A stretch of DNA of 64,000 bases, from positions 130,510,001 through 130,574,000 of the forward strand of contig OX597817.1 in the NCBI GenBank assembly GCA_951406725.2, read 5' to 3'. This DNA comes from Octopus vulgaris. Its lineage: Eukaryota. Position numbers and translations under genes: made by a program. This document shows positions 41,316-55,552 of this stretch, piece after piece. Positions within the stretch are counted from its first letter, which is position 1. The number at the start of each line of letters is the position of its first letter. The notes below the pieces were generated by a model that was given only the letters and a program-made list of their open reading frames with translations, ran no database searches and was not told where the DNA came from.

Positions 41316-43544
41316 TAGGCCAGTTGCCCCTTTACCTCCAACAATACCCAACAAAGGAGACGTATACCTGAACTGGAAGTCCATCCATGCTAGGACACTA
41401 TACTCTACTGTAAAGAGACAGGCTATGATTGTTGTTGTTTGGCTCCAGTTGATGAGTGCTGATCTGATCTGGTTTGGTCAACCTGAGGTCAAATATATTG
41501 TAAATGTAACCATCCAGTCTTTTTGCGTACCAGAGACCCCAATGTCCAAAATGTCCTTTATGTAAGTTGAGAGAATATGATCTGTAGATGTGGAAGTTAT
41601 TTCTAGCAAGTCAAGCATCTGCAAAGTGAGTTAACGTGTCTTGTCCGTTCCACTCGGCAGCACATTCTCTGTTCCAATCTCTATATTTCATTCACCCCAG
41701 ACATCTTCTGATAGTTTCATCTCAGTGTGCATGCACTTATCCCGATCCAATCAGTACACTGTAACCTTTGCATACCTTGTTACACTTCACATAAGCACAC
41801 ACACATGCGCGCACGCACACACACACGTGTGCCTGTCACTCGACCTGCTAGAAATAGCAGATAAACTTTGATTTCACACCCTACCTACCATTTTAAAGAA
41901 GGAAGTGGAACACATTGGACAACAAAATAATATAAAAGTATAGGATGGTTACATCTACAATGCCTTTACTGAAGTCCGCTACCCACAACTTTCCAGTTTA
42001 TTTCCCTGTAACTTAGTAGTTCAGTCCAATGACAGAAACAAGTAAACAATAAAAGATAATAGTTTTCTATAATTTTTTTGTTAGTTTTGGTCATAGTAAA
42101 TTATAAAAGAATCAATCAAGAATGTATTGATTTGCTAAAATGGGGTCACTCCATTAAAAGTTTGTTGGAATAGTGACTCTTTCTTTAAACTATTGTTGTT
42201 GGCAGAAAGCTTGCAGAGTGTCATAGAAACTAAATGCTTAAGCAAGTATATAGTTTAGTCCCTCCACGTTCTGTGTTCAAATCTGTCCAGCATCCATCGA
42301 TTTTGCTTTTTATTTCCACTCTCGGAGTTTCTAAGCTGATGAAAATAGATCACCAATCATGTGTTTTGGGGTCATCGGTTCCATTGACTGTACTCCTCCC
42401 TACCTTATAAATTACATAGCTTTTGTTGGAATGTATGATATTCTAATTAATATTGTTGTTGTCTTTAGCTGTTTTAATTAGCTCCTTTGATAACGGCAAG
42501 TCAACTATGATACTTGTGTTACTAGCACAAAAATAGAGCAGTTCAATGAATAAATAAATAGATAAATAAATAAAGCCAGAGTTGCTACTATTGCTGCTGT
42601 ATCATTTGATACCTTACATGGATTACCTCCTCTCACTTCACCTTCATTCATCAATATTTTACAGTGTTTGTAACAATAATTTTACACAGTGCTTTCTTTC
42701 CTTGCTAAAGTGAGCAGCCAGATGGACATCAGTTATGCTACACTACTGCAGAGATTGTGGTAATAATAGTAGTGATGGTGGTGGTGGTGGTGGCGATGGT
42801 GGTGGCGGTTTAGCCCCAAGTCAGTCCTGATCCAGCAAACCTTTGATCAAAAGTATTCCGTCTAGTTCTTTTCTTCTTAAGGATGGGATGTGATTCGAGA
42901 AAGATTTAGCTGCTATTTCAAGCGATCACATTAAAGTTCCCACCATTGATCATGGTTGTGGTAATGACAGTAGTTTTTTTTTTTTTTTCCCTTTTTTTAA
43001 AAATTAAACTGCAGTTGCTAGTGAATAACATTGACCGCTATGCCACCAGTCCCTGAATTAGGTACATTGAAAGCCCTCCACTTATCACCTGGCTTACATT
43101 ATATTATACATTAGATCAAAGGCTTTCCACTGTAATCTTTAGATACCATTCTTATTTTTTATTTTATTTTAGAAGAGTAGTTTTGATTTGAATGAAACAT
43201 GTCTACAAGCACATCAACTAATTACATGGAGTTTCCCTTACTGGCTTGTGTTATTGTTATAGTTAGCAATAGATTTATCCCTGGATTGGCTCTGCTCAAG
43301 TAAACCTATCTTTTTTTTTTTTTTTTTGTTTCAGTCATTGGACTGTGGCCATGCTAGGGCATCATCTTGAAGGGTTTTTAATCAAACAAATTGCCCCCAG
43401 TATTTTACTTATTTTATCATACTCTTTTGCCAAACTGCTAGGTTATGGAGATGTAAACAAACAAACCAACACTGGTTGTCAAGTGGAGTTGGTGGAGGGA
43501 TAAACAGAAACACACATATACACACACACCCACACCCACACACC

Positions 43545-43592
<48 letters not shown>

Positions 43593-43913
43593 TGGTGGCT
43601 CTTTTGCCTAGCCAGCTCCTGTCAAACTATCCAATTCATGCCAACATCAGAAGCAGATGTTAAATGATGATATGTTTGTTAGTTAATTTTTGGGCTCAAA
43701 AAGCAAAAAAAGCAAGGCCATGTATGTGTGTGTTTGGTGATGCAAACAGGGAAAATAGAACTCAAAATATGAAATATATATATATATATATATACTTTAT
43801 TTTAAGCAGCAGAAAATTCAACAAAATCTGTTACTCTGAGTTTCTCGTTGCCGTTCATCAGACAGTTTTTGCTAGAATTTTTCCACCTTGTTTCACATTT
43901 ATGTGTTTACTCC

Positions 43914-43962
<49 letters not shown>

Positions 43963-43978
43963 CAACACAAATTGATAA

Positions 43979-44019
<41 letters not shown>

Positions 44020-45714
44020 CATCATCATACACCTGTGTTCCATGCTAGCATGGGTGGGACAGTACCACAAAAGCTGGCCAGGCCAAAGCCTGCAGCAGAC
44101 TTTTGTGACTGTTTTGGCAGGATTTTTACAGCTGAATGACCTTCCTAATACCAACCACTCAGCAGAGTGGACTTAGTGCTTTTTTATGTAGCAGAAGCAC
44201 AGGCGAGGTGAATAGTGCTTTTTACATGACAAAAGCATAGGTGAGATCAGTTTTGGCAAGGCTTTTACAGCTAGATGCCCTTCAGAACATCAACCACTTT
44301 ACAGTGTGGACTGGGTGCTTTTAAGTGGCACCTACACTGACAAGGTCACCAAGTACTGCAAGACAAACACTTTTAAGAGGGGAGGAAGCATTGAGGGAGG
44401 TGATGATGAAACGGTTATAGTGAGACAGATACAGGTGTCTTGCTGTAGAGGAAGTACAAGGTTACCCAGCTGGAGAGAAAGATCAGGAATGAAAACAGAA
44501 ACAGGTGTGTTACTGCAAAGAAAATACACAGTTGCCCAACCTGAGAGAAGTGCAAGTGAAAGAGAGAGTGGGAGACAGCAGGATGGAGATTCCTCTCAGA
44601 AGACATTGGTTGGCTGAGAACAATAGAAGACATTTGCCCAAGCTGTTGTGCAATGGGACTGAAGCTAATACCATGTAATTGCAAAGCTAACTTCTTAATT
44701 ACGTAGGAATGATCAAATCTTTTCCTCTTTTTATTTTTCCAGAGGAAGTATTTCTAGGACTACCCTTTCTAATATGTACTTGCTCTCATTAGACAGTAGG
44801 GTGTTAAGCTGAAAGAGTTTGCTATTTTTTACAGGCTCCTAACTACTGTTACTGTTGTTATTGGCCCCAAGTTAGCTCTAGACAAGTAGAGCTATGATTA
44901 GAGCCTTTCCAACCTTGATCATCTCAATATTTTTCTAAACTACATTTTTCTGTGTGACTTACTTTTTAGACAGTAAGGTGTGATTTGAGGGAAATTCAGC
45001 TGCTATGTCTAGCTGAGTGACCAATTACATAAGCTCTCTCTCTCTCTCGGTGGTGGTGGTGGTTGTTTAGCTCCTGTAAATTTTTATTAGGCAGATCAAA
45101 CAAACGTGTCAATTGCGACTATCACATTTTGTGTATCTGGGACTATATTATCTGAGATCTGGTTGCTATCTACCACTTAGAGGCCTCTTTGGTTGCTGTT
45201 ACATCATTAAGTCAGCCCCGAAAGAGTATTCTAGCTTGACCATACCAGCTTTAGAGAGAATATTGGATTGCATTATCAATGCATCCTTTTGTTTTTTAAG
45301 ACAGTGAGGTGTGAATTGTGGCAAGTTTTGCTGCTATCTTTAGCATGTTGAGTGACCACTTAAAAGTTCTCTCATTGGCATATGTAACTATTAATTGTTG
45401 GTAATTTTGGTTACATTTGTTGTTGTTTAGTACCAGGTCAGCCTTGATTGATCAGACCTATGATTAAAAGTATTCCAGCTATGGCCACCCATTTTTATCC
45501 TTATTTTTCTTAAAAGACTTGGGTGTAATCTGAGGGAGATGTGACTGCTATTTCTAAAAGTTCAACCATCTACATCAGAAGCTTCCTCATTAGCCTGTAA
45601 AAGACAGGTCTGCATGATAGGCATAGCATGTCTTCTTTTATTTTTCTTTTGGTGAGGTGGAGTGGAGCGACAGGCTTGGATATCTTGTAGTCTTTGCATT
45701 CCACGTTCAAATCC

Positions 45715-45906
45715 AAGGCGGCAAGCTGGCAGAAGCGTTAGCATGCCGGGTGAAATGCTTAGAAGTATCCGCTGAGCTCAACTTTGCCTTTCATCCTTTC
45801 AGGATCGATAAATTAAGTACCAGTTGTGTACTGGGGTCGATCTAATCGACTGGTACCCCCTCCCCAACAATTTCAGTCCTTGTGCCTAGAGTAGAAAAGA
45901 TTCTCA
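45715..45906 (+). mobile_element. SINE family B variant (AGAAAAGATT tail)
   Basis: 10-bp TSD GTTCAAATCC (45705-45714 / 45907-45916). Related copies at 2290-2495(-) and 17655-17870(-). Confidence 0.9.
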
Positions 45907-46935
45907 GTTCAAATCCTGCCATGGCCTATTAGGGTGGTATACTTAAGCCAGCACACTGTTTAACACCACCACCACCACCTGGCACAGCTTGGGTGTCTTT
46001 AACAGTATCCACTCTGTTGCAAACTTCCAGTCCAGTCTTTGGCTCAAGGATGCCTTCCTCCCTCCCATCCACCATTCTTGTAACATTCCTGCAACAGGAC
46101 ATAGGGGTAGGCATGGCTCTGTGGTTGAGTAGTTTGATTTGCAGCCATGTGGTTTCAGGTTCAGTCCCACTGTGTGATACTTTGGACAAGTGTCTTCTAC
46201 TATAGACCCAGGGTGACTAATGTTTTGTGAGTGAATTTGGTAGATAGAATCTGTGAAAGCCTGTCTTATGTACGTGTGCATGTCTTAGAGTTTTTTCCCT
46301 CACTGCTTGGTTTATTTACCAACTTGCAATTAAAGTGTTCAATATACAGAATAAGTAATAGATGTCCCTGCATGGGAGTGGTCTAGTGACTGAAACAAGT
46401 AAAGGAGTCTTGTATGTTTGTAACTAATAGCCTTGCCATTTGTATGGTTTCAAACAAGATTTGAAGGGAAGCAATCTTGAGTTCACTGGTTCACTGAACA
46501 CTCATGCACACACACAATTGTTGTCCTGCTGATATGTTGCAGGTTAGATATTGCATGTATGTTTTCTGCAACCTAATTGGAAGATCTGTGTCAAAAGATA
46601 GACAGACAGACAGAGAGACAGAGCTGTATTAGATTATTATTAATATCTGCCAATCCCAACTCTGTATCAAGATCTGATAGGCCCCAATTTTGATTTTGGG
46701 GCCTAGATTATCTTAAAAATTTACAATACCATGTATTATAGTACACACTGTTGTGTTATTATAATACATGATATCATAACAAAACTGGCAACTGGCAGAA
46801 TCTGTAACATACTAGACAAAACAATTAGTGGTATTTCATCTGTCTTTACATTCTGAGTTCAAATTCCACAAGGTTGACTTTGCCTTTCATCTCTTCGGGC
46901 TTACTATAATAAGTATCAGTTGAGCACTGGGTAAC

Positions 46936-47290
46936 ATCATGGTTTCAGGTTCGGTCTCACTGTGTAGTACCTTAGGCAAGTAACGCCTGCTATAGCCATA
47001 GGTCAACCAATGCCTTGCGAGTAAATTTGGTTGATAGAAGCTATGTGGAAGCCTCGCACATAATGTGCCTGTATGTGTGTTTGTGTTTGTCCACCCCACT
47101 GCTTGATATTTGACGTTAGTTTGCTTACATCCTTGTTACTTAAGTTTGGCAAAAAGAGTTGGATAAATTTAAGTACCAGACTTTTTAGAAAAAAGTAAGT
47201 CCTAGGTTGATTTGTTTGACTAAACCTTTCAAGGGTTGCAGCCATGCAGCATGGCTGCAGTCCAATGACTGAAACAAGTAAAAGGTGAAA
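46936..47290 (+). mobile_element. SINE family A copy fused behind a family B copy (46785-46935)
   Basis: Starts at CATGGTTTCAGGTTCGGTC and ends TGACTGAAACAAGTAAAAG. Confidence 0.82.
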
Positions 47291-47810
47291 AATAAGTGGA
47301 TGGGGGCATTTTCACAGTTTATTACACATCATGTATTATATACATTCCCAGTTTTCATTTAGATTTTAATCAAACAAAAAGGCATGTTTGTGGAGTTTTA
47401 CAGTATGCCTGTGATTAACCTGTAAGTCATTCTTGGTGGAGAAGTCTTGTCATCAAAAGGTATTCCTGTCATGACAATCCCACCTGGTTTTCAAAATTTG
47501 TGTATACATAAGACTACATTATCCGATGTGCATTCAGATTACTCTGTCAATCGTAATGATTATTTATTCACATTGTTTTAGATTATCCTCTATCTAATAG
47601 CTTTGAGATTTAGATGGTGTGATTGTTTCTTTTTAAAATGACATTGCAGGGTAGGTGAGAGAGACTAGATCTGGCCAGTTTGAAGATAAAACAAGTAGAA
47701 TATTTTGGCCAGATTTGGCTGGTTTAAATGCTAAATGGTTAAGACAGTAGCCTATGATTTGAAGGAGATTTAACTGCTATTTCTATTAGGTTGAGAATGA
47801 CCATGTAAAG

Positions 47811-48067
47811 CAGAGGTTCTCACACATTTTGGGCCACCGCCTCACTCATGGCCACATCCCTATATTTATGTATAAATAAATATTTTATATTTTTCTAATT
47901 TATATAAACTATGAATCATTTCATATTTAATATAATATCATATAATTTGTGTACAATATTATAATAAATTCATAGCTTCCCCAATTCACTGCCTCCTTCC
48001 CAATGCCACTTTTTTCTCTCCCCCCACTCCCCACCTAGTCACCAGCGCCCTCCAATGGGAACCTATG
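47811..48067. mobile_element. hAT non-autonomous element
   Basis: Ends CAGAGGTTCTCA / TGGGAACCTATG; 8-bp TSD ATGTAAAG / ATGTAAAT. Confidence 0.78.
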
Positions 48068-48407
48068 ATGTAAATTGTCACAAGTAATTAGACTTGCTGA
48101 TTGGACATAGATTAAGGGTTTGTTAATTTTGTCTGCTGTTAGTGGTTCAGTCAGCAGGTCCTTCAGTGACCAACGAAAGGTGGTTGCTATGCTAGTTAAC
48201 TCTCATGCTGAAATAAAATGCTGGAATGTTCAACTAATAATTGAATGTAGACCAGTAGAACTGTCTAATCTAGATGCCAATACCATGCTGACCTATGTGA
48301 GGAGTTGTATGTGACTCAGACACACCAGATGTTCCTCACTAATTTTCTACTAAACTAACATGAATATCTGTTAAATAGCCACTTCAATTCATTACCATTT
48401 AAGTGCA

Positions 48408-48463
<56 letters not shown>

Positions 48464-49403
48464 TGTGCACATATGTAATCATGCTTACAAGCTACTTCTG
48501 TTTTTTGACCCTTTTGTAACCATATTTCTATGAACCATCTGCCTTTGTTTTAATTTTGGAACATAAATGAAATTTGAAAGGTTTTAATTTAAATCACTGG
48601 AAGACATGATGTTTGCATCTTAAAACCAAGGCTTAAGTCACAAACATGTTGGTGTCCAATTCTTAACAATTCACAAACATAGGTGGCTTGTAATGTGCTT
48701 GGCATTAACTTTTACAATATGAATCTTGCATGGGATAGCCCTCTGGTTATACAATACAGAACATTGTTTTAAATTTTAAACTGTTCAGGACAAGTAACAT
48801 AATGAACGACCCTTCATCAGTTGTCAGCTTCCATCTACTCCTCATTTTGAGCACTGAATGACAATATGAGTCTTCGAAGGGCAGTTGCTCCCGCAAACCA
48901 AAATAAACTTTGGGATTTGCAGAGGGTCAAAGTTGGTAACAAAAACAGGACAGTGGAGACATACAAGGAAACCGAATGAAAACAAACATGGAGGGTTGTA
49001 AGACCAGACAAGGTTAAATAGTGAACACTGGAGAAATTTTCTTTTACAAGAAGAAAGACAGAAGAGAAGAGACAGATGGGATACATGCAGTCTTTTCGAT
49101 AGCCGTGAAGAAAAAGGAAGATCATCACACGAGGAAAAGAAAGATGGATGATGAACATGTGTATGCAACAAGAGAGAGAATGTAAAGGAGAAAGCGGGAG
49201 GGAGAGAGACAGACAGACAGATAGAAAGAAAGAAAAGGAAGAGGAGAAAAGAAGGAATTAGAGAAAGTGATAGAGATAGAGAGAGAAAAGTAAAGGGTAG
49301 AGTCGCATCAAAAATATTAAGATGATCTTACTTGGAAATGGATGCATGGCATTCAATCAAATAATAATATAAATAATATATATATATATATTATGCATAT
49401 GTA

Positions 49404-49457
<54 letters not shown>

Positions 49458-49532
49458 TATATGCATATGTATCATCATCATCATCATCATCGTTTAGCAT
49501 CTGTTTTCCATGCTAGCATATATATATATATT

Positions 49533-49801
49533 TGCATATATGGTTACAGGATGTCACAAACTGTAAGCAACATGAAATATGAAAACAAAAGAGTTAAATA
49601 CATAAACAACAAGAGAAACAAATGGAAAACAGGACAAGTAACACTGCTCAAAATGAGGAGTAGATGGACAGCCGACAACTGAAGAGTCATTCTTTATGTT
49701 ACTCGTGTTTTACATTTGTTTCTCTTGTTTATGTATTCAACTCTTTTGTTTTTGTATTTCATGTTGTTTACAGTTTGTGACTTCCTGTACCCATATATGC
49801 A
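49533..49801. mobile_element. Palindromic MITE-like element (~110-bp arms) in TA/TG microsatellite
   Basis: 49533-49643 is inverted at 49697-49801; the spacer matches 48803-48857 in reverse. Confidence 0.85.
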
Positions 49802-50304
49802 TATATATGTGTGTGTGTATGTGTGTACATATATATGTACATGCACACACACACACATTTATACATAGGTGTGTGTGTATGTATGTATGTATGTATGTAG
49901 AAAGATAGATAGTGAGAGAGAGAGAGAGAGAGAAAAAGATTAAAATAAACATTGAATATAAAATATTTGCTATCAATCACAAAAGGAAAACCTTCAATTT
50001 AGATAGAGAATATAAACAGGTTGATTGTCTTTACAGCTGTTTCTAGAATAGCAAAGCATGTGGATCTTGATAGTCAGTACGGATTCCATAAGCTATGTAA
50101 ACACTGTCATCAGAGAGGGAGAAGTCAGGAAAATATGAGGAGGAAAACCATTTCTTGCCACTCTCAACAGGCAGTCTCAACACAATACTTTGCTGTAGCC
50201 TTCTAGCTGGAGTTTTAGTAGTAAACCAACTGAGCACTCCTAGTCTATACCTATTACATTACATCAGTTGACAACAACAACTTGTATATAAGACACCTTG
50301 TTTT

Positions 50305-50559
<255 letters not shown>

Positions 50560-51534
50560 TTAATTAATTAGGAAAAAGCATATTTATTGTGTTGTTTTAG
50601 TTAAGTATATGTGGGTCACTGTCCTCCAAAGGTTTGTAAGCAATTCTGTTGAGTGTGATACAAGCTTAAAAAAATGGCCTCAACAAGTATTGATTTGTTT
50701 TTTTTTTTTCCTTTTTTTTCATTTAGCATGTGACTGTTATTGATTTCTTTATATAGGCCGGAGATTAATATTGATTTTTTTTTAATAGGTATATCTATAG
50801 ATTTTATAGAAGGATGAGATACTGTGACATTTATGCATTATACAAGGGGAGCATTAAGAATGTAATTAGCACATAAGGTTTTTGATTATTCTGATTATTA
50901 AATTCATTTTTGGTGCTTTTGTTTTTCTTTACTGTGGTTTGATTGTCGTCCTTTTTGAATATAAGAATTTTCATTAGTTCTTAACTTTCAGAACAGAATA
51001 ATTTTCAGAACTTGCAGTGAGTTCTGAAAATCATTCACAAAATCTCATCTCTGATATCTCAATAGATAATTGAAGCAATTACCTTTTTAGGTGTTGGAGA
51101 TGATAACAGAGGCAATGGATGCTTCTCATTAGCACAGGACAATAAATTTAGAAGGAAGAGTACAATTGATTAAATTAATTTTGGTATTGCACGTGTGACT
51201 GATATTTATTTTATTTGACTTCATAAAGGCTTTAAAAACTAGCAAATTAGCAGAATCATTAGAGAATTGGACAAAATACCTTTGAATATTTGTTGCAGTT
51301 TTTCATTGAAGTCTGAGTTCAAATCCTACCGAGGTTTAACTTTCATTTTTCCTGTGTCAATAAAATAAAGTTCCAGTCAAAGGCAGTAGGTTAGTGTTGG
51401 ACAAAATACTTTGTAATGTTTCTTCCAGTCATCTATGTTCTGAGGGCTCAGGCAAATGTGTTAAAATTGTTTGGAAGCAACAAAAACAAGACATCTTTAA
51501 AATTGTCTCATGGAATCTCCATGACAAGCACTTA

Positions 51535-52143
51535 CAGTAAAAACCCATGTAATTTATGCTCCTGTGTAATTTATGTAGGGGATTTTTCAGGATAAAATTT
51601 GTTAAAAGAAGCTTCTTATGAAAAATTCGCAACCAAAAGTTTTCAGAATTGTCAATATGGCCAGGGGGAAAAGGTTTTCAATTTAGTTGTATTTAGCATA
51701 ATTTCACATATGATTAGATTTTATTAAATTTTCATTAAATAAAAATAGTTTCTGTTTAACATGCATCACATTAAAAGCTATTAATTTACAAAGTGTTCGT
51801 GCTGTTTATAATACTTTATTTTACATTTCTTACCCACAAGAGATTATGTCCGATCTTTTGCATATTGCTGTATGTCTTCTCAAATCACGATCACAGGAAA
51901 AGTTGATAAGAATTATAAACAAAAATAAAATTGATAAATATGCACAGGTGATGCAAATTTTCTGTAAAAACCTATTCTGACATTAAATGAGTCAACTTCT
52001 GGTTTGAATGTTTACATTTTGTACGTCAACAAAAAAGAATTTCTAAAAAAAATTCTGGAAAACGATCTACTCATGTAATTTATGCACCCCTAAAGTTTAT
52101 TTTTGTTGAAAAAAAATACATAAATAACAAGGGTTTTTTATGG
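51535..52143. mobile_element. pogo/Tc2-type non-autonomous DNA element
   Basis: TA-CAGTAAAACCCATGTAATTTATGC ... TACATAAATAACAAGGGTTTTTTATGG-TA imperfect TIRs; subterminal repeats of TGTAATTTATG. Confidence 0.7.
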
Positions 52144-52382
52144 TATTACCCACCAGATTCAGTTAACAACTTGATGGTCAAGAAATGAATAGGTCTGAAT
52201 GGTAAATTTAACTCCTGTAGAATTTTAATTCACAACACAGGCAGAGAAAACTAGATATTGCAAAGCATTTAGTCAGTACTCCTTCTAATTGAGCCACATC
52301 CCTATTACTTCACCTGATTTTACTTAGATTAAGTACAAAGTACACAGTGAATGGAGTATCAGTCAATCAAGCCAGGATAAGC

Positions 52383-52606
52383 TTAACCCTTTAGCATTCA
52401 GATTATCCTTTCAAATGTAATGCTTATTTATTCAAATTATTTTGAATCATACATCATCTCATAGCTTTGAGATTTCCATGATAGGAGAGTTTGTTTTTAG
52501 AATGACATTGTGGGGTAAGTGTGAGAGGCCAGATCTGGCCAGTTTGAACATGAAACAGGTAGAATATTTGAGCTAGATATGGCTGGTTTTAATGCTGAAG
52601 TGCTAA
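52383..52606. mobile_element. TTAA-flanked MITE, family F
   Basis: TTAA-CCCTTTAGCATTCAGATTA...; collinear with 22452-22681. Confidence 0.85.
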
Positions 52607-52684
52607 GCCGATGATGATGAAGCACTTTTTCCACAAGTGGTGAGTAAAGTTCACTGAAGAATATTTCACACCTATATGTATATA

Positions 52685-53122
52685 CAGTAACCCCTCGCCT
52701 ACCACAGTTCACCTATCACGGTTTATTATTTAAGCTTATGTTGATTCCTCTGTGGTAGTGTTTTGCATTTATAATAAAATATATATATACAAATTATAAA
52801 AATAATTTTTTAAAAATATACAGTAGGAGTGGCTGTGTGGTAAGTAGCTTGCTTACCAACCACATGGTTCCGGGTTCAATCCCAATGCGTGGCACCTTGG
52901 GCAAGTGTCTTCTACTATAGCCTCGGGCTGACCAAAGCCTTGTGAGTGGATTTGGTAGACGGAAACTGAAAGAAGCCCGTCGTATATATGTATATATATA
53001 TATAAAAACATGATGCCAAGGATTCAGCGGATGATCATGTTTTTATTTTGATCAATTTACTCCACCACCTACACCACCAAACGGTATACACAGGTGCTTA
53101 TAATTAGCAAGTACTCACCCCG

Positions 53123-53177
<55 letters not shown>

Positions 53178-53427
53178 TGTGTGTTTGTGTGTCTGTGTTT
53201 GTCCCCCTAGTATTGCTTGACAACCGATGCTGGTGTGTTTATGTCCCTGTCACTTAGCAGTTCGGCAAAAGAGACCGATAGAATAAGTTCTGGGCTTACA
53301 AAGAATAAGTCCCGGGTCGAGTTGCTCGATTAAAGGTGGTGCTCCAGCTTGGCCGCAGTCAAATGACTGAAACAAGTAAAAGAGTAAAGAGAGTACAGTA
53401 CTGTTTCTACTTCGGATTTTCACCTGT
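52685..53427. mobile_element. Tigger/pogo-like MITE fragment split by a SINE insertion
   Basis: Starts TA-CAGTAACCCCTCGCCTA...TTCACCTATC; resumes after the SINE TSD with GGATTTTCACCTGTC. Confidence 0.6.
52826..53393 (+). mobile_element. Young tRNA-derived SINE (family A) with internal TA/TG microsatellite
   Basis: A-box TGGCTGTGTGG, B-box GGTTCAATCCC, core GCACCTTGGGCAAGTGTCTT, (AAAGAGT)-like tail, 7-bp TSD TACAGTA (52819-52825 / 53394-53400), CpGs retained. Confidence 0.93.
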
Positions 53428-53733
53428 CTTACTTCTTTCAGTCATTAGACTGCAGCGATGCTGGCGCACTGCCTTGAAGAATTTTTAGATGACTGACGTA
53501 AACATACCAGTGCCAGTTGTCAAGTGGGACTGAGGGACAAACACAAGTACACACAAAGGTACACACACACACGATGGGCTTCTTTCAGTTGCCCTCTATC
53601 GAATCCAAAACACAAAGCTTTGGTTGGCCTGGGACTATAGTAGAAGACACTTGCCCATGATGCCATATAGTGGCACTGAACTCAGAACCATGTGGTTGGG
53701 AAGCAAGCTTCTTACCACACTGCCATGCCTGCA
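53428..53733 (-). mobile_element. SINE family A copy (older, internally deleted)
   Basis: Reverse complement of the head and tail of 52826-53393. Confidence 0.88.
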
Positions 53734-55070
53734 CTTTTTTCTTTCTTTTTTTGAACTGTCTACAATGATATAGTTGCTTAAGTTAAACTTGGTATTGACT
53801 GATGTTAATGTTATTTTATCTTATCATTACCCTTGGAAGATGAAAGATAAAAGTCAACCTAGGTATAATTTAAATTCAGAACATCCAAAAGCCATTGGTA
53901 AATGCTGCAATGCTCTTTTTGTCCCAAGTGCTGATAGTTCTGCCACTCTTAAATATAATTATTAACCCTTTAACATTCAGATTAATCTGTCAAATGTGAT
54001 ATTTATTCACATTGCTTTGAATGAATCATTCATTATGTCAGAGCCACATGATTTTAATAATGTGCTTGTTATGCTCAGAATGATATTAAAGGGTAGGTGT
54101 GAGAAGCCAGAGCTGGCTAGCTTGAATGTAAAACAGGTAGAGTATTTGGACTGAATATGGTCGGTTTTCAAAATGATTGCTAAAGTCACAGTGATACAGT
54201 TAAAATTGATGAAATGAATGATTTGTGAAATTTCTGCCATAAAATGCTGTCGTCATGGACAAGGTTGAGTACACTGACAAAACAGGTGGTGCTCTGATAA
54301 TTTTCATACATGGGCTTAAAATCTTAGGTACACAAAAAAAAAATGTGAAAATAGCATCATAACGTAGTCGCATTCATGGCTTATTTCAAGAGAATTTGAG
54401 ATGCCAGTCTCAACTGGTTAATCAAACTGACTGTATCACTGACAGAAGTTTTGTTCCCTTTCTTTTTGGAACACCACCCCATCAATGACAATCGCATGCT
54501 TCTTCTTCACACACACACATGCATATATACTACATATACCTAGACACAATCATGTTCAGGAATATTGACTAATATTGGCAGCTGCAGTAGTAAAGTTCAA
54601 TGCTTTCAGGCATTTTCTATTTTTTTCTTTTTTTTAAATTTATTTAAGAAACTGCTGCAGTCTTTCTCACCATCACCTCCACCACCACCGCCACCTTCTT
54701 CCAGTTACCACTACCACTATCACCAGTTGTATTGTGTTGGTTCTGCACATGTTACTGATCCATTACTCGGTTCTTGCTACTACTGCAGCAGCAGCTGCTG
54801 CTGCTGCTATTGTTGTTGTTATTGATATTATTGTTGTTCTTGTCGTTCTCTCTGATCTCTTCCCCCCACCCACACACCACATCATTACACACTTCCCCGT
54901 TTACACTTTCCTCACCATTTCTGCTGATTTTAATCAATAACCATCAGCATGGAACTCTAAAAGAACACGAAAGAAAAGAAACAATTCTCTCTACAATGCC
55001 CTGCTCTCCTCCAATACCAGCTTTTTTTTTTTTTTAATTTACTCACTTTAACTCTTTCTCTTCCTTTCCT

Positions 55071-55183
<113 letters not shown>

Positions 55184-55238
55184 CAATAGTGGAGGTTTAT
55201 ATATAACTCAATTTCTGTATCGTTCTGTACTGAAAGGG

Positions 55239-55552
55239 ATCATCATCATTGTTTAACGTTTGTTTTCCATGCTGGCATGGGTTTGATGGTTTGACAAGAA
55301 CTGGCCAGCTGGGGGGACCTGTCCAGACTCCACTTGTCTGTTGTGACATGGTTGGATGCCTTTCCTAATGCTGACCACTTTATAGGATGTGCTGGGTGCT
55401 TTTATGTGCCACCTGCACGGATGCATTCACACAGCACCACCAACATGAGTGTACTTTATGTGGCACTGGCACTTGTAAAGGGCACACCTGTATGTATGGC
55501 TGACAGTGATTTTACTTAACTTGATGCACCTTCTCAAATACAGCAAATTGCC
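55239..55552 (-). mobile_element. Family C copy contiguous with RTE C-terminal coding remnant
   Basis: Minus strand WQFAVFEKVHQVK* leads directly into family-C modules and the (GAT)n tail. Confidence 0.7.

Noticed and set aside
52826-52890. tRNA gene (also the heads of SINE families B and D)
   Set aside because: A and B boxes are present but there is no complete cloverleaf; each continues into a SINE body with TSDs.
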